A DNA stretch of 64,000 nucleotides, taken from NCBI GenBank assembly GCA_000004985.1, contig GG738882.1, one strand, 5' to 3'. Of the stretch, positions 1 to 10,067 are shown piece by piece. Positions within the stretch are counted from its first letter, which is position 1; every line of letters begins with the position of its first letter. This DNA is from Naegleria gruberi (lineage: Eukaryota). Below the pieces are notes generated by a model. It was given only the letters and a program-made list of their open reading frames with translations, did not search any database and was not told where the DNA came from. A program made the translations under genes and the position numbers.

Positions 1-46
1 GAATGCTAGTCGTTTTGTTACGATAGAAATTTCACAAGTAATTTTA

Positions 47-805
47 ATGAGCGATTTGTCGACCCCAAACGCCTATCTTTATCCTCACACCAGTCGAGTA
101 ATTGATTCAGAGACAGCACCATCTTCTCCATCTGAATTGATTCTCAACCAACAGTGTATTGTACCATTACTAAATAATATTCACATCATGAATGAACACC
201 ATGAACAAAAAAAGAAGAATATTCTCCTAAAACTAGTTCAAAATCTCAATAAGGAAGATGAAAAGGATCCAAAAGAAAAATCCCACAAGAAGGAGATTAT
301 TGATAAGTCCAACAATCCACCTTCAGCTGCTCAAGTTTTATCTACAAGTCCCCAAATTTCTAATTTACAAAAGAGATTGAGTGTGGAAAATGATGAAGAT
401 TCATCAGATGAAGGAGAGGATGGTAAACTTGAAAAAGTTCCATCTCTGGAAGTTAAAATTGACTATTGGGATGCTAGTCTCGAAGATAAAAGCAAATGCA
501 CAACCAAACATTCCTTCTCTCACGTCGAAATATTCAAGTTGCCATCCACAGACCTTCCTGATGAATTCCAACCAAAACCAGAAACCTTTACTCTTTCCAC
601 CAGCAAACCTAAAAAGAAAAAGAAACAACCAAACGAGGAAATTGAAAGAAAATGCAATCTTACCAAAGTAATTTGTAAAGTAGAAAAAAAGAAGCAAACA
701 GCAAGAGCAGTCATTGATGGTGTAGAATGGTCGAATGTTAAGGTTATTTCAGTAACTCCCAAATGGGTTAACAATTTGAGTTTCAAAGTAGCATCCTTCA
801 AATAA
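47..805 (+). CDS. Hypothetical Lys/Glu-rich low-complexity protein. It may be a 3' portion of a gene that begins upstream of the window.
   Basis: 252-aa ORF beginning 46 nt from the window edge. It has K/E-rich low complexity and a basic KKKKK tract; no recognisable domain. Confidence 0.3.
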   Translation: MSDLSTPNAYLYPHTSRVIDSETAPSSPSELILNQQCIVPLLNNIHIMNEHHEQKKKNILLKLVQNLNKEDEKDPKEKSHKKEIIDKSNNPPSAAQVLSTSPQISNLQKRLSVENDEDSSDEGEDGKLEKVPSLEVKIDYWDASLEDKSKCTTKHSFSHVEIFKLPSTDLPDEFQPKPETFTLSTSKPKKKKKQPNEEIERKCNLTKVICKVEKKKQTARAVIDGVEWSNVKVISVTPKWVNNLSFKVASFK

Positions 806-966
806 ACCATATGAACCAACAACTCTCATATTACAAAGCAATCACATGTAGCCACTGTATCTGCATTGTATTATAGCTCCTTAGATTTTTTGTAAATGAA
901 ATCTATTTTGAAACGTTATTCATCTCTCCCTCCATTTTCAATCTTTTAAGAATACAAAGGAAAAAA

Positions 967-2428
967 ATGCAAAACAACTCAACAATGGTAGATAAACGAT
1001 TATCGTTTTCATCATCACCATCATTGAATTCAATAATACCAATAGGTAACGCCAATAATCACCACCATCATCGAAATAATCACTACTTTTTTGGGAGTAA
1101 TTTACAAGGACAATTGGGATCATGTGCCAATCATCGATTATCAAATAATAATGGATCGAATTATTCGAGTTTACTTGTTGATGATTTGATTAAAACATTA
1201 CCAATTACACAAATTGCTTGCGGATCACACCATACAGTAATATTGACAGAGAGGAATGATTTGTATGTAAGCGGAAGAAATGTCAATCATCAATTGGGAA
1301 TACCAAATGATATTGATGAGTCGATTGAAGTTGTTTCACCAAATTCTGGACAATCCATAGTTTCAAATTCATATATTCGAGATTTTAAAAGAGTATCCTT
1401 CGGAAAGAAGATTAAAAAGATTGCTTGTTCGAGTGATCAGACATTTCTAGTCACAAGGGATGATGAAATTTATTATTGTGGAGGAAGTCAACCTGTAAGG
1501 GATCCGTTTGCTGTAAATACTTGTCAAGAAATTTCAATGATTAATCCTTTGAAATCTTGGAATGATCTTAATCAGAAAGTTGACATTTTTGTAACGAGTT
1601 GCTTTACTAGCTGTTTTGTACTTGTATCGAGAGAAGGTAATATTTATGTGAGTGGATCACAGAATGCATTCAATTCTGGAATGTTGGGTGTTGGAAATGT
1701 TGATTATACAAGAGGTAAATTCCATCGTGTGACACTTCCTAACACTCAATCAAAACCAAAAATTGTTGCCCTTGGATCCCAACATTCAATTATTGTAACT
1801 GAGAAAAATGAGTTTTATTGGTATGTGTATTGGAATATATTGAATATGTATTTAATCATCTCATTATAGTTCTGGATCTAATATGAATTATCAATTGGGT
1901 TTTCAGACATCATGTGGAAAACAAATCCATTTTGTAAAGCCAAAGAATATTCCTTTCAATGGAAAGAGAATTGAACAAGTGGCTTGTGGAGCTGATTTTA
2001 CATTTGTATTAACGGAGGGAAATCTTTTGTTTGGATGTGGAAATGGTGTGAGTGGATCGCTTGGAATTGGATCTAGTGAGAGAATTAACTTTTTCACCAG
2101 AATTTCCATTCCATTCAAAATCAAACACTTATCATGTGGTGAGGATTTTACAATTATCATGGCTACCAATGGTATGTGTTTCAGGAGTGGAAATAACAAA
2201 CTTGGCCAAATTGGATTGAAAAACACACCAACCCATCCTGTGGAAAAGGTTTGCAAATTTGAACCACTCTATGTGGACGATGGAATTGAGGACATAGTAT
2301 GCGGTGTAGCCCATACTTTCCTCTACAAGTCATCAGAATCTTGCTTTAATAGATATCTCCCTTACTATTCAGATATTAATCCACTCAATTGCCAACAAGC
2401 CCCATTTTGGGATGTAATTTTATGCTAA
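967..2428 (+). CDS. RCC1-repeat (regulator of chromosome condensation-like) protein. Two exons, 967..1820 and 1870..2428, about 470 aa.
   Basis: Recurring RCC1 blade signatures (ACGSHHTVILTE, DLYVSGRNVNHQLG, CGADFTFVLTEG, LLFGCGNGVSGSLG). A GTATGT donor at 1821 and an attatag acceptor ending at 1869 (49-nt intron) join ORF 967..1869 to ORF 1883..2428 in frame, giving EFY-C-SGSNMNYQLG. The ATG is preceded by aaaaaaa. Confidence 0.7.
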
Positions 2429-2584
2429 CTTTGTAAATATTGAACTAACTTGTAAAATAATACTATTAAATAATCATGTATGATATTATATTTGATAATA
2501 CTTTAAATAAGCTTAAAATGAATAATACTAATCAAATAATTTGAATAAATAATTTTTTGAAATTTTAATAAATGGAAAAAAAAT

Positions 2585-4273
2585 TTAAGGAGTAACTCTG
2601 TTTGGATCTCTTGGGAACATTGATGTCTTTCTAACGTTACCCAAACCAAGATACAACATGACAATTCTTTCCAAACCAATACCGCAACCAGCGTGTGGCC
2701 AAGCTCCGTATTTGAAAGCATCAACATAAGGTTGAATTGGAGTCAAATCGACACCCTTTTCATTAGCAACCTTTTGCAAAAGTTCTGGATCGTGGATACG
2801 TTGAGCACCTGATGAGATTTCTTCACCACGCAAATAAATATCGTAAGAGTTGGACAAAGTTGGGTCTTCTGGACATGGCATTGTGTAGAATGGACGCAAT
2901 TTCATTGGGAATTTATCAACCATGAAGAAGTCAGTGTTATACTTTTCCTTGATAATTTCACCCAACATTCTTTCTTGGGATGAGTTAATATCTTCATCGC
3001 TAGCAAGTCCTAAATTGTGCTTTTCGTTAAGCAAAGCAATAGCTTCGGAATATGGCATTCTGAGGTTAGTTTTTTGGTTATAAGTGATAGATTCGAATGG
3101 ATATTGAGCTCTGATAATTTCCAATTCCTTAGCAAATTCAGTTTCAAGACGATTGAAAATGTAAATGAACATCTTGTCAATAACTTCCAAAGCTTCAGTG
3201 TAGTGAGACTTGATAGCCATTTCAAGATCCAAACCAACGAATTCAGTCAAGTGACGATGGGTGAAACTCTTTTCAGCTCTGAAAACTGGACCAATTTCGA
3301 AAACTCTTTCCAAATCACCAATGATAGCCATTTGCTTGTACAATTGTGGTGATTGAGCCAAATAAGCAGCTCCGTTGAAGTATCCGACCTTGAAAACGTC
3401 AGCACCACCTTCGGAGGCAGTAGCGATCAACTTTGGAGTGTGAATTTCAGTAAAGTCCAAAGTGTAGAGGAATTCTCTAAAGTATCTACCCATAGCAGAT
3501 TGAATCTTGAAAATAGCCAATTGTGCAGGAGCTCTCATATCAATAACACGGTTATCCAAACGATGCTTTTGACCAACAGCCTTTGGTGCATTTTCATCAC
3601 CTTCCTTTTCTTCTTCCAATTCAGCCATGTTAGCCTTCATTTGTTCTTCCTTGGTTTCAACTCTCATACAGTCTTCAATTTGAATTGGCAAACCAGCAGC
3701 CGATGAAATACAATAGATCTTTTTAATCTTGATTTCAACATCTTGTTGAGTAGCCTTTTCAACCTTTTGTTCAACTTTAACAATAGTACCGACGAGTTGA
3801 ATAACAGATTCCTTGCTGAGTTTTTGAGCATATTTAGCCATAGCAGCTTCCTCTTCGTTTTCGGCAAAGAGAGTAGCTTGAACAGAGAAACATCCTTCTC
3901 TCAAAGTGATGAAGCAAGCTTTACCCTTACCGGTAACGTTGTGAATTCTAGATCTAACGGTAACGACACTTCCTTCCTTTGAAGCATCCAAATCTCTAAT
4001 TCTATCAAAAGTAATTTCAGTCTTGAAAGTAGATCTAATAATTGGAACGTGACCAAAGTTTTTAGATTGTTGCAAAAATTCTTCTTCGGTAAGTTCGACA
4101 ACTTGAGCCTTGAGAGCAGCCTTTTGTTGTTCTTCTCTCTTCAATTGTCTTTGTCTCTTCTTTTCATCTTGTTCCCTCTTGGCTTGTTCCTTGAGAGCCT
4201 TCTTTTCCTCAGGTGTAAGCTTTTTAGTTTCTTCGGTAGAGGCAGCGACTGGTGTTTCAGTTGGTTCAGACAT
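2585..4273 (-). CDS. Aspartyl-tRNA synthetase, cytoplasmic type (class IIb).
   Basis: 562-aa ORF. N-terminal lysine-rich extension, then an OB-fold anticodon-binding region. Class II motifs 2 and 3 are present (FRAEKSFTHRHLTEF ... GCGIGLERIVMLYLGLGNVRKTSMFPRDPNRVTP). The C-terminal PRDPxRxTP is typical of eukaryotic AspRS. Confidence 0.85.
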   Translation of the reverse strand: MSEPTETPVAASTEETKKLTPEEKKALKEQAKREQDEKKRQRQLKREEQQKAALKAQVVELTEEEFLQQSKNFGHVPIIRSTFKTEITFDRIRDLDASKEGSVVTVRSRIHNVTGKGKACFITLREGCFSVQATLFAENEEEAAMAKYAQKLSKESVIQLVGTIVKVEQKVEKATQQDVEIKIKKIYCISSAAGLPIQIEDCMRVETKEEQMKANMAELEEEKEGDENAPKAVGQKHRLDNRVIDMRAPAQLAIFKIQSAMGRYFREFLYTLDFTEIHTPKLIATASEGGADVFKVGYFNGAAYLAQSPQLYKQMAIIGDLERVFEIGPVFRAEKSFTHRHLTEFVGLDLEMAIKSHYTEALEVIDKMFIYIFNRLETEFAKELEIIRAQYPFESITYNQKTNLRMPYSEAIALLNEKHNLGLASDEDINSSQERMLGEIIKEKYNTDFFMVDKFPMKLRPFYTMPCPEDPTLSNSYDIYLRGEEISSGAQRIHDPELLQKVANEKGVDLTPIQPYVDAFKYGAWPHAGCGIGLERIVMLYLGLGNVRKTSMFPRDPNRVTP

Positions 4274-4635
4274 TTTTTTTTCGAATTTCTCTAAATATTT
4301 TTTTTAATGTTTTATTTTATTTTGGTTCATAGCACAGGCCTTTTATTGTAGATTTATTGAGAATGAGTACAGTAAGCAAAAAGGTTCTCCACAAGAGTGT
4401 TGTGAGATTCTTCGATCGGGTTTTCTAACATGCATTGGGTGGATGATATGAAGGAAACACAATCAAAATTCTTGGAAAATCTATTTTTGAATGTGCTTTT
4501 TCGATATTGTAAAGATGGTTAGTTTTTGGAAAATGAATGAATTTTGATTGATTCAATTTGATTGTGCTGTTACATTTTCTGTATTCATCTGTAAGGTGAC
4601 GATTCTTTCAATTATTAGTATTATGTTTCCATTCG

Positions 4636-6744
4636 TTAATCCTTTTGTTGTAATAGCATATGAGTCAACTTTGATAAATGGTGAGAATCAAGATTCAAGA
4701 AAACGTTTCCTTCTGATGCTCTTTTATGCTCATTGTATCCTTTTGGAAAGAAAAAGTCTTCTGCTGTTGGAGGAACATCTAACAGGACTGAATGCAATTT
4801 TTGATTTCTGACTCCTTCCAAGTGACACGTTCCTAATGGCTTAATAGTACACACTTCTTCCAAGATGGTGGCTGTATTACCATCACAAACAATGGACCCT
4901 TTCAAATGGTCATTGGCATAGTTACAGAATGAAATGGAACGCTTTATCAACTCTCCAAATAGTCCATATTCTCTTCGAAAGTCAGATCCAACACTTCCTC
5001 TAAAACTGTATCCAGTTGCATATCCAATTCCTGTAAATTGTAATTGTTCTCTTTCCACAATTTCTCTCATACATTGAATCACTAGCGATGGATTTTCCTC
5101 AGCAATATGTCTCTCGAAGGTATACACAAACATGACACAATCCTTCTCGTAGAACAAGTCATGGAACGTGGCATTATATTGCTCTATAATTTCTTGTACT
5201 GAGGTTACAATCTTATTCTTAACGGTTAAATCATGTTCTGGAATGCTCGACCCAAATAGAGATGCCTTAATTGAATGTGTACACACCACCAATTCCACAA
5301 CTGAATTCATTGACTCGATTGTTTTAGTTTCAATTCCATAAAGTAAATTCTTATTCAAAAAGAGAAGAATTGCCTGTGAGAAGGAACAATGAAATGTTAT
5401 CGAAGCAAGTGGATGATGATCAATATCTTTAGTAACGTGAGTTACTAAAAAGAGATTCCCTGGTTCCTCACTCGCCACTAAGGATTGTTTACACTTGTTA
5501 TAGGCATCCTTGGTAATGAAGACTAATCCTTCCTTACAATCCTTCAGACGTTTCCTTGTTTGATAAACAACTTGGCCTCCAAACATTCTCATCCAATGAT
5601 TTCCAAAACCACCCAAATGATACGATAAGGAATCTCCAACACCTATCAAACATTTAATTTCCAAAGGTGCACTTTCACTAATACACTTGTAGGTCTTTAA
5701 ATTGGCCAATGATTGAATCCTGAATGCACATTGAATGGCAGAAAGAATTGAATCAGTGAATGAGCGATCCACTCTAGGTGAAAAGAATTGACACACCAAA
5801 AGATCAGCCTCAAATTTCTCAATATCACCCCCCATGTCATGAATGATCGCAATTAACGTAGTGTACATGTAATAAATATATCTGGAAATTTCCGCAACAT
5901 CACAATTTGTTGAACAATCATAGAAAGAGTCCACAACTTTTGAAAATCCCTTCATTTCAATCACCAGGATGCAAGTCTCATTCCCAAATTCACTCAATGG
6001 AAGTACTTGCTTGATCCTATCCTCTTCCTGTTGTGCTGCAGAGACTACTGGTTTTGCAGCTTTTGTCTTATTATTCCTATTACCACCTGAACGGTTGGTT
6101 CTCATCGTGTTGGTTGTTGATGTGGAGAGTCTTCTCTTGAAGATTGAAGCTATTTTCCCATTATTATGTGCATGGGAATCTTGATAGTGAGAAGAGTAGT
6201 CGGTATTTACAGAGACAAAGGCAGACCACTTGCTTTCATTATCTACAAGACAACTTCCATCGTTGTGTGAAAAACTTTGTGGAAGAGGAGTGGCTAGCTT
6301 TTTCTTATATTGCTTCCCCTCACCTCCATAATAAATATATCTCAAACAGAAGAGCAAATGTTGTGGGAGGTAAGAACAACACAATTCCAAATTCACTTCC
6401 TCTTGAGATTTTCCTTGTGGAGTTTGGGGAAAACCAATCCAGCTCACACGAAGGCCAGGAATTCTAAATGATGATACCTTCTTTGCCCTCAGATCCAAAG
6501 TTTCAATTTCAGATGACACAGAATTCTCTCGTGATTGCTTCTTTCCGAATTGAAACCTGGCAGAATTTGCAAGAGAATTATCATTCTGATGATATACATT
6601 TTCCACACCTCCCCTTTGAGAACCGACCATGCCATTACCATTGGTGTTTAAAGTTGTGCTGGTGGTATTGCTCTGATGACGACGATAAGAGCTTGGCTCA
6701 CTGTGTAGTAGTACCTCAAAGTGAGAACTACATCCAGCTCCCAT
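4636..6744 (-). CDS. Divergent class III nucleotidyl-cyclase homology domain (CHD) protein, N-myristoylated and soluble, with two CHD-like regions.
   Basis: MGAGCSS N-terminus (Gly2/Cys5/Ser6 myristoylation/palmitoylation consensus). The first CHD is ILVIEMKGFS...HDMGGDIEKFEADLL...KCLIGVGDSLSYHLGGFGNHWMRMFGGQVV...GLVFITKDAY. The second, shorter CHD-like region is CVMFVYTF...TGIGYATGYSFRGSVGS...GLFGELIKRS. No TM helix. Several canonical catalytic positions are substituted. Confidence 0.5.
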   Translation of the reverse strand: MGAGCSSHFEVLLHSEPSSYRRHQSNTTSTTLNTNGNGMVGSQRGGVENVYHQNDNSLANSARFQFGKKQSRENSVSSEIETLDLRAKKVSSFRIPGLRVSWIGFPQTPQGKSQEEVNLELCCSYLPQHLLFCLRYIYYGGEGKQYKKKLATPLPQSFSHNDGSCLVDNESKWSAFVSVNTDYSSHYQDSHAHNNGKIASIFKRRLSTSTTNTMRTNRSGGNRNNKTKAAKPVVSAAQQEEDRIKQVLPLSEFGNETCILVIEMKGFSKVVDSFYDCSTNCDVAEISRYIYYMYTTLIAIIHDMGGDIEKFEADLLVCQFFSPRVDRSFTDSILSAIQCAFRIQSLANLKTYKCISESAPLEIKCLIGVGDSLSYHLGGFGNHWMRMFGGQVVYQTRKRLKDCKEGLVFITKDAYNKCKQSLVASEEPGNLFLVTHVTKDIDHHPLASITFHCSFSQAILLFLNKNLLYGIETKTIESMNSVVELVVCTHSIKASLFGSSIPEHDLTVKNKIVTSVQEIIEQYNATFHDLFYEKDCVMFVYTFERHIAEENPSLVIQCMREIVEREQLQFTGIGYATGYSFRGSVGSDFRREYGLFGELIKRSISFCNYANDHLKGSIVCDGNTATILEEVCTIKPLGTCHLEGVRNQKLHSVLLDVPPTAEDFFFPKGYNEHKRASEGNVFLNLDSHHLSKLTHMLLQQKD

Positions 6745-7427
6745 TTTAATTTAATGTGTTCACTCACACCACTCAAAGAAATCAAATTTTGGGGAGAGCC
6801 TCTTAATCTAACGCGTGCTGCTTGGGTGTATTAAGGAAGAGGAGATGGGGTGTGAAAACAACTATCATTCTTGGAAAAATTGTTTTCAGCTGTGATAAAA
6901 GAGGAAATTTGAATGTCTTTCGAGGGAGTTAGGTCCAAAGTTCGTGCGTTAATGGTCCCTTGTTTGGAAGTCTGATACTAATTGTTTGTTGAGGCACCAT
7001 CATTTGGATAACTTTGCCTTAATTCATGTAGATATCTCTCAGTCCTTAATTTTAACAAATAAACGCTTCAAATAAAAGTGGAAAATTCAGCAACATTCCT
7101 TTTATCGTATGTTGATGGATTTGTGATGGTCAATCTGGAAAATAGTTCAATGATTTAAGATGAAAAAGATGAAAGTGATTTTATACAATGAGAATATTAA
7201 GGTGTGCACTTTAAGAATCCAAGCATATGGAAATCAATTTGCCTCAAAAGAGTCAGAAATTTCAGCTTCATATTAAGAATCTTTGAGAATGATATCTTGT
7301 AATTAACATTTTTAGAGCGGCACTGTTTTTGGAGTATCTGTTGCCAATTTAATTCAAGGGTCACCCCCTTTGGATCTTTTTAGCACAATTCTAATATTGT
7401 ATGCTTTGCATTCCATTATAATTCCTT

Positions 7428-8579
7428 TCACTCGAATGAAAATGATGGTGGTAGTGCTTCTCGAATTGAAATATGTCCATTCTCACTCAAATCCAAAAAC
7501 ACAATGTTTCTAAGGCAATTGCTTTTTGCCAACATGTTAGCACCTTCGTCGTTGATGTAATTCTGTGAAAGGAACAGCAATTTCAAATTGGAAAGGTTTT
7601 GACTATGTGCCAAGTGCTTTACACCCTCATTTCCAATCTTGTTATAATCTAACAAGAGTGTATGAAGAGATTTGAGTTGATTGCAATTGGATAAATGCCT
7701 AACACCTTCATTTCCAATCAGATTCCGCGCTAAGTTGAGTTCAGTAAGATTTGAGAGAGGATTTGAACAGAGAGATTGAATACAATCCGAGTTGAGATGA
7801 AGATTTTCTAAATCCAAGTGAGTGAGATGTGAAGATTTCATTCCATTGAAATAGAAATGATCTGTACTGCTATTCGAAATGGCACGATTGAATCCAATTT
7901 TTAGAGTTGATAAATTCAAATTCTTGCTCATAGATATCATTGATAGTCCTTCATTCGACATTCCATTACCAGAGACATCTAAATAGACAAGTTTGTAATC
8001 CAATCTCATCTCTGAAAAGTTTTTTCTTATCGAATCTAAACTCAACTTGTTTTGTCCCAAATACAGACTTGTTAGATTTGGAAACTTGGACAAGTCAATA
8101 TTGGTAATGGAATTTCCTCTCAATTTCAATGTTTTCAATGAGAGTGCCAACTTGGATTGTTGCATCTTTTCAATGCATTCATCATCAATTCCACAATCAC
8201 AAGCAGTCAACTCGGCTAACTTTCTCAAATGATCAGAACAAGAAATTATTTGGAGAATCAATTCTTTAAATTCTCCAATTACTAGTTCAATTTTTTCCAA
8301 ATAGCAAATTTTCGAATGATGAGAAAATAAACCTTTCAAATCATCAATTCTATTCAAATAATTCTCAGGTTGCACATTGATTGAATTAATACGAAAGGGA
8401 ATTAATCTAAATAATTTGCATTTTGTTTTTGATTGAATCGAATAGTGAATGGGAATAATTTGACATGTTTCTCTCCACTGTCTACATACAGTAGAACATT
8501 GTACAATCCTCTCCTGCTCATCCACAAATTGCAATATTTGATAAATCATATCGGGATACAATAATTGACTCGTGGACAT
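7428..8579 (-). CDS. F-box-like / leucine-rich repeat (RNI-type LRR) protein.
   Basis: N-terminal F-box-like segment (LLYPDMIYQILQFVDEQERIVQCSTVCRQWRE). C-terminal ribonuclease-inhibitor-type LRRs (LNLARNLIGNEGVRHLSNCNQLKSLHTLLLDYNKIGNEGVKHLA). The start is placed at the ATG (MSTSQ...) preceded by an A-run rather than the longer track ORF beginning at 8618. Confidence 0.6.
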   Translation of the reverse strand: MSTSQLLYPDMIYQILQFVDEQERIVQCSTVCRQWRETCQIIPIHYSIQSKTKCKLFRLIPFRINSINVQPENYLNRIDDLKGLFSHHSKICYLEKIELVIGEFKELILQIISCSDHLRKLAELTACDCGIDDECIEKMQQSKLALSLKTLKLRGNSITNIDLSKFPNLTSLYLGQNKLSLDSIRKNFSEMRLDYKLVYLDVSGNGMSNEGLSMISMSKNLNLSTLKIGFNRAISNSSTDHFYFNGMKSSHLTHLDLENLHLNSDCIQSLCSNPLSNLTELNLARNLIGNEGVRHLSNCNQLKSLHTLLLDYNKIGNEGVKHLAHSQNLSNLKLLFLSQNYINDEGANMLAKSNCLRNIVFLDLSENGHISIREALPPSFSFE

Positions 8580-8767
8580 TTTTTTTAATATAATTAAATT
8601 TAGCTTATTTAATCCCAATCAACTCACCATTAAGAAACCTCACTATAATATTAAATACATCATACCATGAAATAAAACTACTTCTTAATCTTCTTGCAAC
8701 ATTTTTTAAAATTTCCAATTTGCCTCCAACAATCAAATTCACTAAAAAAGAACTCTATTAGAAAAAA

Positions 8768-9940
8768 ATGAGTACACCAACAGATCGTCAAACTGCAGTC
8801 ACAACCCCACCTAATCAAGCACCAAAGAAGAGACAAACACAACTCTCTGCTGGTAGTAGTGGCAGTGCTGATCATGCTAATATTGATCAACTCTTGACAA
8901 AGGGAAGTATTGGAGAGGATTTGACAAATATTTGGTCCGAAAGAGATTTACACGGACATTCTGTTCTTCACGTGGCTAGTTTTGTAGGAGTGAATAATGA
9001 ATTGTTTGATAGAATTTTACAATCGGTAAAGGATCAATCAACATTGAAGGAAATTTGTAATTTGAAAAGTAGTGATGAGAAGACTGCCTTGTCTATTGCC
9101 TGTGAAAGAGGCCATTTGGAAATTGTAAAAAAGTTGTACGACTTGACAGACTCATCAAATGATTTATATTCACCAATTCATATTGCTGCTATGAATGGTC
9201 ATACTAATGTTGTAGAATATCTTGTTCGTGAAAAGAATGTTGATGTAAATAGCTTAATGAACATCTATGGATTTACTCCATTGCACCTTGCAGCACAATA
9301 TGGAAGAGTGGAAATGGTTTATTATTTGATCGATGAACTCGGAGCAAAGAAGGATATTGCCTGTACCACTGAAGGAATGCTTCCTATTCACACTGCTATT
9401 TTGAATAATAATGTGGAAGTTTTGAAGGCATTAGTTCATATTCACTCAAAGGAACACGAAGTTTCCACTGTTAAATATTATGAAAGATTATCCAACGATC
9501 ACATACATATTAATCCACTTCTTTTGGCTATTGCCAACTCACATTCAGAAGAGGAAGGTGTCACACCAGAGACCTTGAAGGCATCTGCTGAAATGGTTAA
9601 ATTTTTAGTTAATGAATTGGATGCTGACTATTCACTTTCTGGAAATAATGGAATTTCTGCTCTCCATATGGCCTCAGAAGTTGGTAATTGTGATCTCATT
9701 AACTTCTTTGTAACTGAAAAGAAGGAAAAAGTTGATCAAGTTTGTGACATTACTGAAGATACACCACTCTATCTTGCTGTTATTAATTGTCACCTTGATG
9801 CTGTCAAATTACTCGTCTCGCTTGGTGCTGATATTAATGCAAAGAATAGAAGAGGTAACTCACCACTCTCCATTGCTCAAGAATTATCATCCAAACATGA
9901 GAAATTCCAAAACATTAACCAATTTCTTTCTTCTCAATAA
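8768..9940 (+). CDS. Ankyrin-repeat protein.
   Basis: 390-aa ORF with at least six ANK repeats (SVLHVASFVGVNN..., TALSIACERGHLEIVKKL, SPIHIAAMNGHTNVVEYL, TPLHLAAQYGRVEMVYYL, LPIHTAILNNNVEVLKAL, SALHMASEVGNCDLINFF, TPLYLAVINCHLDAVKLLVSLGADINAKN). Confidence 0.75.
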   Translation: MSTPTDRQTAVTTPPNQAPKKRQTQLSAGSSGSADHANIDQLLTKGSIGEDLTNIWSERDLHGHSVLHVASFVGVNNELFDRILQSVKDQSTLKEICNLKSSDEKTALSIACERGHLEIVKKLYDLTDSSNDLYSPIHIAAMNGHTNVVEYLVREKNVDVNSLMNIYGFTPLHLAAQYGRVEMVYYLIDELGAKKDIACTTEGMLPIHTAILNNNVEVLKALVHIHSKEHEVSTVKYYERLSNDHIHINPLLLAIANSHSEEEGVTPETLKASAEMVKFLVNELDADYSLSGNNGISALHMASEVGNCDLINFFVTEKKEKVDQVCDITEDTPLYLAVINCHLDAVKLLVSLGADINAKNRRGNSPLSIAQELSSKHEKFQNINQFLSSQ

Positions 9941-10067
9941 TAAATTTCCAACTCTAAAATCTTCTTCAGAGAATCTAGTGATTTTATTATTGGTGTCTTT
10001 TTTGAATTAAATAATAATTAAAAACTATTCCATTCATTTTAAATTCCTAAAAATAAATATCAAAAAA

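Noticed and set aside
381-822. Overlapping antisense and alternative-frame ORFs inside larger genes, for example 381..671, 404..697, 520..822, 28643..29063, 44663..45186 and 46790..47476.
   Set aside because: They are low-complexity translations of the opposite strand or off-frames of confirmed conserved genes. No independent start context or homology.
4636-6744. Possibility that the HDMGGDIEKFEADLL region marks a GGDEF diguanylate-cyclase domain.
   Set aside because: The spacing after the IGVG strand (GPVIAGVIG...YDIWG-like segment: DSLSYHLGGFGNHWMRMFGG) and the C-terminal G..I.V(S/T) element fit a class III CHD better than GGDEF, which ends shortly after the equivalent strand. A profile search is needed to settle it.
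8580-8618. Longer N-terminus (MGLNKLNLIILKK...) for the F-box/LRR gene.
   Set aside because: The upstream ATG lies in AT-rich leader sequence. The downstream ATG (MSTSQ) has the A-run context seen at most genes here. The added residues are low-complexity.
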